Part shown: positions 1 through 8,562 of the stretch, piece by piece | Position numbering within the stretch: position 1 is the stretch's first letter | Layout: each line of letters begins with the position of its first letter | Notes under the pieces: model-generated | Seen by the model: only the letters and a program-made list of their open reading frames with translations | Databases searched by the model: none | Told to the model about the DNA's origin: nothing | Position numbers and translations under genes: made by a program | Assembly (NCBI RefSeq): GCF_000013905.1 | Contig: NC_007969.1 | Location: 2,760,001-2,792,000 of the forward strand | Reading direction: 5' to 3' | From: Psychrobacter cryohalolentis K5 | GTDB taxonomy: Bacteria; Pseudomonadota; Gammaproteobacteria; Pseudomonadales; Moraxellaceae | Length of the DNA stretch: 32,000 nt

Positions 1-531
1 ATCATTAGAGTGATCATTTCTATTTTCATTACCCTCTACATTAACAGAGTCATAAGGACGTAAAAAAATAGGATGCTCATCATCTAAGCGTACGACATCA
101 CCCGTTGTCGTGGTGAATTCAAGCCAACTATTAGTGTCTTCGTTGACGATACCGACATCATTGATTAGTAATGGCGCATCTTCCACTTGGATACGCAATT
201 TCTGTACGGGCGTCTTTAGAAAATACTCAGTCACGCCTTCTTTTTCTTCTTTCCATAAGATAGTGGCAAACAGACTGACTAATGACTCTCGGGTCATGTG
301 TCCGCCTTCATGCCACCACTCGCCATTGGCTTTGATGACCAAGTCCATATCATCAATTTGTTCAGGATGCCAACTTTCTAGTGGCGGTATGGCACGTCCT
401 TCACGTGTCCCTGCCACAGACTTTAAATATTGGCTCAAATTGTCTATAGTATTTAGCTCAGACAGCTTGTCATTAGAGGTTTCAGCATCTTTTACAGTCG
501 TGGCATCGATATCTTTATTATTATCTGTCAT
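1..531 (-). CDS. DUF1285-family protein, partial (N-terminal 177 codons; C-terminus lies beyond the left window edge)
   Basis: Absent from the ORF track because there is no in-window stop. Reverse-strand ATG at 531-529 follows AAGGA with a 7-nt spacer, and the frame stays open to base 1. Translation: MTDNNKDIDATTVKDAETSNDKLSELNTIDNLSQYLKSVAGTREGRAIPPLESWHPEQIDDMDLVIKANGEWWHEGGHMTRESLVSLFATILWKEEKEGVTEYFLKTPVQKLRIQVEDAPLLINDV... The GxWxHEGGxxxRxxLVxLF and VEDAP segments match my recollection of DUF1285. The + strand ORF at 110-550 is its low-complexity antisense shadow. Confidence 0.6.
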   Translation of the reverse strand, partial: MTDNNKDIDATTVKDAETSNDKLSELNTIDNLSQYLKSVAGTREGRAIPPLESWHPEQIDDMDLVIKANGEWWHEGGHMTRESLVSLFATILWKEEKEGVTEYFLKTPVQKLRIQVEDAPLLINDVGIVNEDTNSWLEFTTTTGDVVRLDDEHPIFLRPYDSVNVEGNENRNDHSND

Positions 532-936
532 CGTACAATCCTTCACGTAGTAATCAAAGTTTGGCAAATCTGTTATTACTATAAATTTTAGTTTCGGGTA
601 TGATAAGACAATATCGTCATTGTACCCCCACCGTCTTAATCTTACCTTAACACTGATGTTGTGAAATGCGTATCGTGTTTGTGGGACTTTTCTTTTATAA
701 TAAGTAACGATTTTTTATTTGAACTAGTCTGGTGGGCGTTGTACTAACGACACATTTTACGTTATGTTTTGAAGGTTTTTAAAAACACTTTCATCGTAAC
801 GTCGTCAACTGATACCGTAAAGACCCTTTTTATCGGGCAGCCATATGTCTGAGTAAAGTTAGCGCCACAAGCCTTATTATTCAATTGTTAAGCTAATGAT
901 GCCCTGAGATAAGCCACTACAAGTTTAGGAGTAGGT

Positions 937-2808
937 ATGCAAGAGCAAGACAATCAATCGCCAGTTATTGATGGTGATACTGTAAATATCGACACGCCAA
1001 TCGTGACAGACACAGCAAATTCAGAGCCAGCAGTGGTAACACCAGAAGTGCTCGCTGAAGAAACGCCCGTTATTGTAGATACGCAAGCCGTTGAGCCAGT
1101 TGCTGAAACGGTCGTTGTCGACAAAGCGCCAGAACCTGTTGCAGCAGAGCCTGAAGTAGAACGTGAGTCAATGGAATTTGATGTCATTATCGTTGGTGGT
1201 GGACCTGCCGGACTTTCAGCTGCCATCCGTCTACGCCAGCTTGCCATCGCAGCAGGTAACGATGAGTTCATGGTTTGTGTGGTCGAAAAAGGCTCGGAGT
1301 TTGGCGCTCATACTCTCTCTGGTGCGGTCATGGAAACACGCGCTTTGGATGAGTTGATTCCAGATTGGAAAGAAAAAGGCGCACCGCTAAACGTTCCTGC
1401 AATTGAAGATCGCGTCTATATGCTGGGTTCAGCGACCAAATCTATCAAATTAATGGATTCGGTCATTCCTGCCAGCATGCATAACCAAGGCAACTATATT
1501 GTCTCATTAGGCAACGTCGTTCGTTGGTTGGCTCAACAAGCTGAAGAGCTAGAAGTCATGATGTTCCCAGGCTTCCCCGCTGATGAAATCTTATATAATG
1601 ATGATGGTTCAGTTAAAGGCGTATTGACAGGCGACATGGGTGTGGCTGCCAGTGGCGAAGCGAAACATAGCTTTGAGCCAGGTTATGAGCTGCTTGCTAA
1701 ATATACTATATTTACCGAAGGTAGCCGTGGTCACTTAGGCAAGCGCTTGATCAGTCGTTTTAATCTTGACAAAGACTGTGACCCCCAACACTATGGTATT
1801 GGTCTAAAAGAGCTATGGGATATTGATCCTGCTAAGCATGAAGAAGGTGTGGTCATGCATGGTTCAGGTTGGCCTTTGACTGATACGGGTTCAACTGGAG
1901 GCTGGTGGTTGTATTTCGCTGAAAACAATCAAGTAAGCTTTGGTCTTGTTATTGATCTCTCCTATTCTAATCCATATATGTCGCCATTTGATGAGATGCA
2001 GCGTCTAAAACTACATCCGCTTATTCGTAATGTTCTAGAAGGCGGTAAACGTATCTCTTACGGCGCACGCTCGTTAACTAAAGGCGGTTTGAACTCCTTG
2101 CCAAAATTCACCTTCCCAGGTGGTGTATTAGCTGGTGATGACGCAGGTTTCTTAAATCCTGCCAAAATCAAAGGTACCCATACTTCAATGAAGTCAGGAA
2201 TGCTAGCGGCTGAGGCGATTTTCGAAGCCTTGCAAGAAGATCGTCAACATGATGAAGTGCTGGCTTATACTACGATGTTTGAAGAGTCTTGGTTGTATAA
2301 AGACAACTATGAAGCACGTAACTTTGCTCCTGCTATGCACCGTATGGGTCAATGGATGGGCGGCGCGTTTACCTTTTTAGAGCAAAATCTGATGGGCGGC
2401 AAAATGCCTTTGACCATTCATGACAATAAAAAAGATTATGATCAGCTTGAGCGTGCGGCTCATGCCTATCAGCCAACCTATGCAAAACCGGACGGCAAAT
2501 TGGTATTTGATAAATTATCGTCAGTATTTATCTCAAATACCAACCATACTGAAGATCAACCAGTACATTTAAAATTAACTGATCCAACAGTGCCTGTCAC
2601 TATCAACTTACCACTCTATGCTGAGCCAGCGCGTTTATACTGCCCAGCTGGTGTTTATGAGATTGTAAAAGACGCGGAAGGCGCTAAATTTGTCATCAAT
2701 GCGCAAAACTGTGTCCATTGCAAAACTTGTGATATCAAAGACCCTTCACAGAACATCACGTGGGTAACGCCAGAAGGCGGCGGCGGTCCTAACTATCCAA
2801 ACATGTAA
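937..2808 (+). CDS. Electron-transfer flavoprotein:ubiquinone oxidoreductase (ETF-QO), with a ~78-aa N-terminal extension
   Basis: 623-aa ORF. FAD-binding fold FDVIIVGGGPAGLSAAIRL begins at about residue 81. The C-terminal 4Fe-4S region CPAGVYE...NCVHCKTCDIKDP...WVTPEGGGGPNYPNM is typical of ETF-QO. Strong SD (AGGAG, 5-nt spacer) precedes the ATG at 937. Confidence 0.93.
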   Translation: MQEQDNQSPVIDGDTVNIDTPIVTDTANSEPAVVTPEVLAEETPVIVDTQAVEPVAETVVVDKAPEPVAAEPEVERESMEFDVIIVGGGPAGLSAAIRLRQLAIAAGNDEFMVCVVEKGSEFGAHTLSGAVMETRALDELIPDWKEKGAPLNVPAIEDRVYMLGSATKSIKLMDSVIPASMHNQGNYIVSLGNVVRWLAQQAEELEVMMFPGFPADEILYNDDGSVKGVLTGDMGVAASGEAKHSFEPGYELLAKYTIFTEGSRGHLGKRLISRFNLDKDCDPQHYGIGLKELWDIDPAKHEEGVVMHGSGWPLTDTGSTGGWWLYFAENNQVSFGLVIDLSYSNPYMSPFDEMQRLKLHPLIRNVLEGGKRISYGARSLTKGGLNSLPKFTFPGGVLAGDDAGFLNPAKIKGTHTSMKSGMLAAEAIFEALQEDRQHDEVLAYTTMFEESWLYKDNYEARNFAPAMHRMGQWMGGAFTFLEQNLMGGKMPLTIHDNKKDYDQLERAAHAYQPTYAKPDGKLVFDKLSSVFISNTNHTEDQPVHLKLTDPTVPVTINLPLYAEPARLYCPAGVYEIVKDAEGAKFVINAQNCVHCKTCDIKDPSQNITWVTPEGGGGPNYPNM

Positions 2809-2856
2809 ATTGTTATTTATATATTGTTTAGATGGTTATTATTTAAAATAAGCTGC

Positions 2857-2888
2857 AAAAAAAATCGCCCTCAAAAGGGCGATTTTTT
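2857..2888. terminator. Bidirectional rho-independent terminator between convergent ETF-QO and symporter genes
   Basis: Hairpin AATCGCCCT/AGGGCGATT (loop CAAA) is flanked by an A-run on the left and a T-run on the right, so it reads as hairpin plus U-tract on both strands. Confidence 0.7.
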
Positions 2889-2929
2889 GTTATAGGTATA
2901 TTTAATCGCTGTATATCTAGGATTTCAGC

Positions 2930-4426
2930 TTAATCTGTCCACGCATCACGATTGGCTTCATCTTTTAATTTCACAAAATCATCAGGATTAAACTTGATTT
3001 GATCAGCAGTTTTGCCCTCTTTAATCTGACGCTCATAGTCACGTAATATTCTAAGTGCTACTGGCGACAAGATGATAATAGCCACTAAGTTGACCAATGC
3101 CATCAGACCCATGGATAAATCGGCAAAGTTCCAAATAGCTGGCAGGCTGGCGACAGCACCGATAAATACCATGCCCAAGACCATAAAGCGGAATATCATA
3201 ATCATCACTTTGGCATTTTTTTCGCCAGAGATAAATTCAAGATTCGATTCACCATAGCTATAGTTTGCAATGATAGAGGTGAATGAGAAAAAGAAGATGG
3301 CAATCGCGACGAAAATTACACCCATATCACCTACATATTGCGACAATGCTAGCTGTGTTAATTGAATACCTTCTTGCTCGACACTAGGATCAACCACGCC
3401 AGAGAGAATAATAATTGAAGCTGTCGCTGTACAAATAACTAATGTGTCCAAAAACACACCCAACATTTGCATAAAACCTTGCACTGCCGGATGATCAGGA
3501 TGGCTCTTTGCAGTCGCTGCGGCATTAGGTGCTGAACCCATACCTGCTTCGTTTGAAAATAGACCACGCTTAATACCATTAATCATCGCTTGCGCAATAC
3601 CATAACCAATCACACCACCTGCTGCTTGTTCAAAGCCAAATGCTGACTTTACAATCAAAGCAATCGCCGCTGGAAATTCGCTAAAATTGGTCAAGATGAC
3701 ATAGAGTGCCAACAGAATATAAAGAATCGCCATCACTGGTACAACTTTGCCAGCAATACGCGCAACAGAGCGTAATCCACCAAATACTACTGGTGCGACT
3801 AGCACTACTAATATCAAGCCGGTCATCCAAGTTGGAATACCAAACGCCTCATTAGTCGCTTGTGCAATGGTATTGGATTGCACACCATTGAACGCCAAGC
3901 CAAAAGCGACCAGCAGACATAGCGAGAAAAATACGGCAAGCCAGCGTTTACCCAAACCCTTTTCGATATAGTAAGCCGGTCCACCGCGATAAACATTATC
4001 GTTATGCGGCACTTTGTATGCTTGCGCAAGGGTTGACTCGATAAAGCTGGTTGACATACCCACAATCGCTGTCATCCACATCCAAAATACAGCACCCGGT
4101 CCACCCAAATAGATGGCAATTGCCACCCCTGCTAGATTCCCCGTCCCTACTCGCGCAGCAAGTGATGTCATCAGTGCTTCAAATGAGCTGATACCACCAT
4201 CTTTACGCCCTTGATTTGATACTCGTAATAACTGCCACATATGACCAAAATGACGAAACTGGATAAAGCGAGTCGCCACGGTAAAATATAGACCTGCACC
4301 AATTAAGACGAACATCAGCAGTCCATACCATGGATTGCTGGCAATCAACCAATCATTATTACCCCAAATGATACTCACACCATAGTTTACGATGCTATTA
4401 AACCAACCTGCTACGCCTTCGTTCAT
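2930..4426 (-). CDS. Alanine/glycine:cation symporter (AGCS family)
   Basis: 498-aa polytopic membrane ORF with AGCS-like segments (GTGNLAGVAIAIYLGGPGAVFWMWMTAIVGMSTSFIESTLAQAYK, GLFSNEAGMGSAPNAAA). GAAGGGGA lies upstream of the ATG at 4426. Confidence 0.9.
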   Translation of the reverse strand: MNEGVAGWFNSIVNYGVSIIWGNNDWLIASNPWYGLLMFVLIGAGLYFTVATRFIQFRHFGHMWQLLRVSNQGRKDGGISSFEALMTSLAARVGTGNLAGVAIAIYLGGPGAVFWMWMTAIVGMSTSFIESTLAQAYKVPHNDNVYRGGPAYYIEKGLGKRWLAVFFSLCLLVAFGLAFNGVQSNTIAQATNEAFGIPTWMTGLILVVLVAPVVFGGLRSVARIAGKVVPVMAILYILLALYVILTNFSEFPAAIALIVKSAFGFEQAAGGVIGYGIAQAMINGIKRGLFSNEAGMGSAPNAAATAKSHPDHPAVQGFMQMLGVFLDTLVICTATASIIILSGVVDPSVEQEGIQLTQLALSQYVGDMGVIFVAIAIFFFSFTSIIANYSYGESNLEFISGEKNAKVMIMIFRFMVLGMVFIGAVASLPAIWNFADLSMGLMALVNLVAIIILSPVALRILRDYERQIKEGKTADQIKFNPDDFVKLKDEANRDAWTD

Positions 4427-5499
4427 ACTATATCCCCTTCACTAACATTCTATACTTTTAGCATATGTTATAAATTGATGTAACTAATGGCTTTTTATGA
4501 TGTTTCGTTCTCTCTTTGCTTATTGATCATCATTACCTATTTGAGCAATAAAATGACAAGGAAATCACGTATATCATATGGCGGTATTTTAACTGACTAT
4601 AGACAATTTAGCTGTTTTTATGCTTTTTTTTAATTATTGATTATTTATAAACTTTTGCTTAGTAATAAGTTAATAGGAATAAAATAATAATTATTATTTA
4701 TAGTTTATGAAAAAACTTTATACCTAATCAATAGTTATGATATTGAAATTATATTGACGTCATACTTATTCATAATAAAAATAGTTATTTATATAACCGT
4801 TATTTTTAAAATAAATGCCGTTTTTTGGTTTTATCAATTAATCTAACGAATATAACAAATCCTTAATACAATTAAGGTCTTAGTATACTAGTGTCTCAGA
4901 GTTATGATATCTATTGGCTTCTACTAACATAAGTTAGTTATAGTTTCTACAAGACACATATTTAGTTACATAAAGTAAATAAAATTTATTTATTGTTAAA
5001 TAAGTCAATATTGTATATATTCCTAATAAGTTTATAAAAGCTGCTTGCAATACTTATCGGCATGAATGTATTTCTAATTATTAAAATAATGTCATCGGGA
5101 AGATGATAATAATAAGACAGAGGATTGTCAGCGAATACCGACCCCTCCCTCTTTACACATCATTATTTCCATATAATAAATTTAATCGACTGTCTCAATA
5201 TCTATTGTTAAATGATTAGATTTTAAGCGACTAACCTCGACTCTTACCCTTTAACTTTTATAACAGTCATATCGAGTAATTTATCCTCGGTGTCTGTATC
5301 GTTTACACTGGAAAAGTTGGTTCATATTTTGATAATGTTGGGTTACTTATCTTGATTGATCGCTCTGCTTTAGTCTTTCATCTACCGTTTTTATGGTTGT
5401 AAGACACTGTTTTCACAATAAGATAAACACTAAAGCACAGGGACTTGTCAGACTCAGATCAGTGACCTTGTTTTTATGTTAGGCAAAAGGAGTTGTCCT

Positions 5500-5760
5500 A
5501 TGGAGAACCACAACGATTCATCAGGTTATTGGCGCGCCAATCTCCGTCTCATTAAAGTCAGCCTCGTCATTTGGGCTTTAGTCTCTTATGGTTTTGGCAT
5601 CTTGCTACGTCCATTATTGTCAGGTATTAGAATAGGTGGTACTGATATAAGCTTTTGGTTTGCACAACAAGGTGCTCTCATCGTATTTATCGCCCTCATC
5701 TTTTTCTATGCATGGCGCATGAATAAACTAGATAAACAATATGGTGTAGACGAGGAATAG
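5500..5760 (+). CDS. DUF4212 small membrane protein (putative small subunit of the downstream solute:sodium symporter)
   Basis: The track ORF starts at 5476. I prefer the in-frame ATG at 5500 (MENHNDSSGYWRANLRL...) because AAAGGAG (5486-5492) sits 7 nt upstream. It has two predicted TM helices and the YWRANLRL motif typical of DUF4212. The stop lies 4 nt before the symporter start, and an AGGAA in its last codons serves the next gene. Confidence 0.8.
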   Translation: MENHNDSSGYWRANLRLIKVSLVIWALVSYGFGILLRPLLSGIRIGGTDISFWFAQQGALIVFIALIFFYAWRMNKLDKQYGVDEE

Positions 5761-5764
5761 CCCT

Positions 5765-7633
5765 ATGAGTCAATTTACGATTAATATCATTTTTGTAGGT
5801 CTGTCCTTCGCTTTATACTTCGGTATCGCTTGGTGGGCACGTGCAGGTTCGACCAGTGAGTTCTATGTTGCTGGCGGCGGTGTACATCCTGTTGTTAACG
5901 GTATGGCAACTGCCGCTGACTGGATGAGTGCGGCGTCATTTATCTCAATGGCTGGTATTATCGCCACTGGCGGTTATGCTGCATCAACTTATTTAATGGG
6001 TTGGACGGGTGGTTATGTTCTACTCGCCATGCTCTTAGCACCTTACCTACGTAAATTCGGTAAGTTCACAGTTCCTGATTTTATCGGTGACCGCTTTTAT
6101 TCTAAAACCGCTGCTATGATTGCCGTTGTTTGTTTGATTATCGCATCAACCACTTATGTTATCGGTCAGATGACTGGTGCTGGTGTGGCATTCTCACGCT
6201 TCTTAGAAGTTGACAGTACCACTGGTCTGATTATTGCGGCTGTTGTTGTATTCTTCTACGCCGTACTTGGTGGTATGAAAGGGATTACCTACACGCAGGT
6301 TGCGCAATATGTTGTTCTTATGATTGCCTATACGATTCCTGCCGTCTTTATCTCACTTGAGTTGACGGGTAACCCAATTCCAGGTCTTGGTTTATTCTCA
6401 AACCATGTTGAATCAGGCATTCCTATCCTAACCAAGCTTGACCAAATCGTCGTCGACTTAGGCTTTACCGCTTATACCGCTGACGTACCGAACAAGCTGA
6501 ATATGGTGCTATTTACTTTATCACTGATGATTGGTACCGCGGGTCTACCTCACGTTATTATTCGCTTTTTCACGGTTCCTAAAGTTGCAGATGCGCGTTG
6601 GACAGCTGGTTGGACGTTGGTATTTATCGCGCTCCTATACTTCACTGCCCCAGCAGTAGGTGCAATGGCGCGTCTAAATCTAATCAATACTGTTTATCCA
6701 CAAGGTGTTGACGCTCCTGCTATCGAATATGATCAACGTCCAGATTGGATGAGAACATGGGAAGAAACTGGTCTTATTAAATATAACGATCTCAATAACG
6801 ACGGTCGTATCCAGTTGTATAGTGATAGTGGACTTGGTGCAGCAGAGCTAGCATTGGCTGCCGCTACTACTGATGGCGGCGATGTTGCTGCTGCAACGAC
6901 TACCGTTGAAAAAGCAAAAGCTGAACATGCTTTAGAGCGTGATGGTGTGTTTGTTGATAGAGGTTGGGCAGGTAATGAGCTTGATGTCAACGCTGACATC
7001 TTAGTATTGGCTAACCCAGAAATCGCACAGCTACCAGGTTGGGTTATTGGTCTTATCGCCGCAGGTGGTTTGGCAGCAGCGCTATCTACAGCAGCTGGTC
7101 TACTCCTCGCCATCTCATCAGCGATCAGTCATGATTTGATTAAACGTAACCTTAATCCAAATATCACTGATGCAGGCGAGCTAAAAGTCGCACGTATCAC
7201 GATGGCTGTTGCGCTTGTGGTTGCTACCTACTTAGGTATTAATCCACCAGGATTTGCTGCACAGGTCGTTGCATTGGCCTTTGGTATTGCTGGTGCCTCA
7301 CTGTTCCCTGCATTGATGATGGGTATTTTCTCTAAACGTATTAACAACCTTGGCGCCATCGCTGGTATGCTCACAGGTCTAATTAGTATCTTAGTTTATA
7401 TCTTCATCTTTAAAGGCTGGTTCTTCGTTACAGGTACAGCAAACTTCCCTGATACTGAAGAGTACTGGTTGTTTGGTATCTCACCATTATCATTTGGTGT
7501 GATTGGTGCCTTGCTTAACTTTATCGTAGCATTCGCAGTGTCTTATGCGACTGCGCCACCACCAGCACACATTCAAGAATTGGTTGAAAGTGTACGTTCT
7601 CCACGTGGCGCTGGTGCTGCAGTAGATCACTAA
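5765..7633 (+). CDS. Sodium:solute symporter family protein (large subunit, VC_2705-like subfamily paired with DUF4212)
   Basis: 622-aa polytopic ORF with SSS-family features (FYVAGGG, WMSAASFISMAG, GGMKGITYTQVAQY) and tight coupling to the DUF4212 gene. It carries a hydrophilic insertion of about 100 aa between TM segments (about 6721-7040). Confidence 0.9.
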   Translation: MSQFTINIIFVGLSFALYFGIAWWARAGSTSEFYVAGGGVHPVVNGMATAADWMSAASFISMAGIIATGGYAASTYLMGWTGGYVLLAMLLAPYLRKFGKFTVPDFIGDRFYSKTAAMIAVVCLIIASTTYVIGQMTGAGVAFSRFLEVDSTTGLIIAAVVVFFYAVLGGMKGITYTQVAQYVVLMIAYTIPAVFISLELTGNPIPGLGLFSNHVESGIPILTKLDQIVVDLGFTAYTADVPNKLNMVLFTLSLMIGTAGLPHVIIRFFTVPKVADARWTAGWTLVFIALLYFTAPAVGAMARLNLINTVYPQGVDAPAIEYDQRPDWMRTWEETGLIKYNDLNNDGRIQLYSDSGLGAAELALAAATTDGGDVAAATTTVEKAKAEHALERDGVFVDRGWAGNELDVNADILVLANPEIAQLPGWVIGLIAAGGLAAALSTAAGLLLAISSAISHDLIKRNLNPNITDAGELKVARITMAVALVVATYLGINPPGFAAQVVALAFGIAGASLFPALMMGIFSKRINNLGAIAGMLTGLISILVYIFIFKGWFFVTGTANFPDTEEYWLFGISPLSFGVIGALLNFIVAFAVSYATAPPPAHIQELVESVRSPRGAGAAVDH

Positions 7634-7691
7634 GCTTCGATACAAGCTAGCAAATGAAGTGCAAATGACGTATGGTTTTTTACGATAATAT

Positions 7692-7730
7692 ATCACTCAC
7701 AGGCAGCAGCTGCTCGTGAGTGATTTTTTT
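7692..7730 (+). terminator. Rho-independent terminator of the DUF4212/SSS operon
   Basis: A 9-bp stem ATCACTCAC/GTGAGTGAT encloses a GC-rich loop and is followed by T7. It lies 59 nt after the stop codon. Confidence 0.7.
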
Positions 7731-7926
7731 ATCCCAATCTGATCATGGAATATTTTTTACATACTATTCGTCCAATCATGATAATTTTACTCACCCCTCT
7801 TAAAAGTAAAAATAATGAGAAAGTTAAGCATGAGTGCCATGATAAATGTGCTTAAAAAGGCTGTACACATGATTTTATTTTTAATAATTGATATGAAATG
7901 CGCTGATTGCGTTAAGGAAAAGTCTT

Positions 7927-8472
7927 ATGCTTTTTGAGTTTATCGCAACCATAGCGGCTGGGTTTGGTCTAGCTGGGATAGCACTAGTTATCACTCACCT
8001 CAGCAAACTTGCAGGTAAGAAAGCGCCAAGATGGCTTATTCCATTATTTGGTGCGATAGGTATTTTTGGCTTCCAAATAAGTCAAGAATACAGCTGGTTT
8101 GGTCAACAGCTTGCACAGCTTCCTGAAGGCGTTCATGTCGTCAAAAAAGTTGAAGAAGGTACGTGGTTTCGTCCATGGTCGTACGTTAAACCACAGACGT
8201 TACGCTTTATAGCGGCTGATAGCGGACACGCTCGTGCTAACGCCGATAACCCAGAGGTTTACTTGGTCAATTTGTATTTGTTTGAGAGACGTAGAAGTGT
8301 ACAGCAAGTACCGCAAGTGATCGACTGTGCCGCCCCTGCTCGTGCAGACTATGTATTACAAGAAAAAGACAGTAAGATGAGTATCGATGAGCATGTGAAA
8401 CAAACGACTGCTTGGCGTCCATTAGAAAAAAATGATCCGCTATATATCAATGTTTGTATTAATAAAAAATAA
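7927..8472 (+). CDS. Hypothetical membrane protein (two N-terminal TM helices plus a ~120-aa soluble domain)
   Basis: 181-aa ORF with SD AAGGAAAAG upstream of the ATG. It has hydrophobic N-terminal helices (IATIAAGFGLAGIALVI, LIPLFGAIGIFGF). I recognise no family. Confidence 0.55.
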   Translation: MLFEFIATIAAGFGLAGIALVITHLSKLAGKKAPRWLIPLFGAIGIFGFQISQEYSWFGQQLAQLPEGVHVVKKVEEGTWFRPWSYVKPQTLRFIAADSGHARANADNPEVYLVNLYLFERRRSVQQVPQVIDCAAPARADYVLQEKDSKMSIDEHVKQTTAWRPLEKNDPLYINVCINKK

Positions 8473-8562
8473 CTCAATCATTGAAGCCACTGTTAGCTGA
8501 CTTATCGTTATCTTTATGAATTATTGAACAGTCTGTCTAAATATATTTGCCGAAAAATAAGG

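Noticed and set aside
110-550. 146-aa + strand ORF from the track at the left edge
   Set aside because: Its translation is low-complexity and Ser/Leu-rich. It lies exactly antisense to a minus-strand frame that has a good SD, stays open to the window edge and carries a recognisable DUF1285 signature. I treat it as a shadow ORF.
954-1271. Antisense or internal ORFs within well-supported genes (954-1271, 1163-1357, 3072-3257, 3747-3971, 3823-4065, 6733-7113, 7490-7696, 11382-11585, 11871-12116, 11913-12098, 12312-12503, 12708-12947, 12957-13292, 20238-20816 set, 21110-21544, 21608-21829, 23661-23978, 25987-26265, 27651-27863, 27924-28106, 28342-28551, 29817-30014, 30076-30285, 30559-30870)
   Set aside because: Each is nested in or antisense to a longer ORF with strong family-level evidence. 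Their translations are low-complexity or compositionally odd, and none has a convincing SD.
4487-4633. 48-aa hydrophobic small ORF (MAFYDVSFSLCLLIIITYLSNK...) in the AT-rich spacer
   Set aside because: It has no SD and sits in about 20% G+C DNA, where its composition looks like translated A/T-rich noise. It cannot be supported without expression data.
4427-4700. Possible glycine riboswitch upstream of the alanine/glycine symporter
   Set aside because: AGCS transporters are sometimes glycine-riboswitch controlled. The minus-strand leader here is AT-rich and lacks the conserved GGAGAG...CACCG and ACCGAAGGGGCAA-type cores.
7815-7937. 40-aa ORF (MRKLSMSAMINVLKKAVHMILFLIIDMKCADCVKEKSYAF) upstream of and overlapping the 7927 start
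   Set aside because: It has no SD and overlaps the better-supported downstream gene out of frame. It is probably leader sequence.
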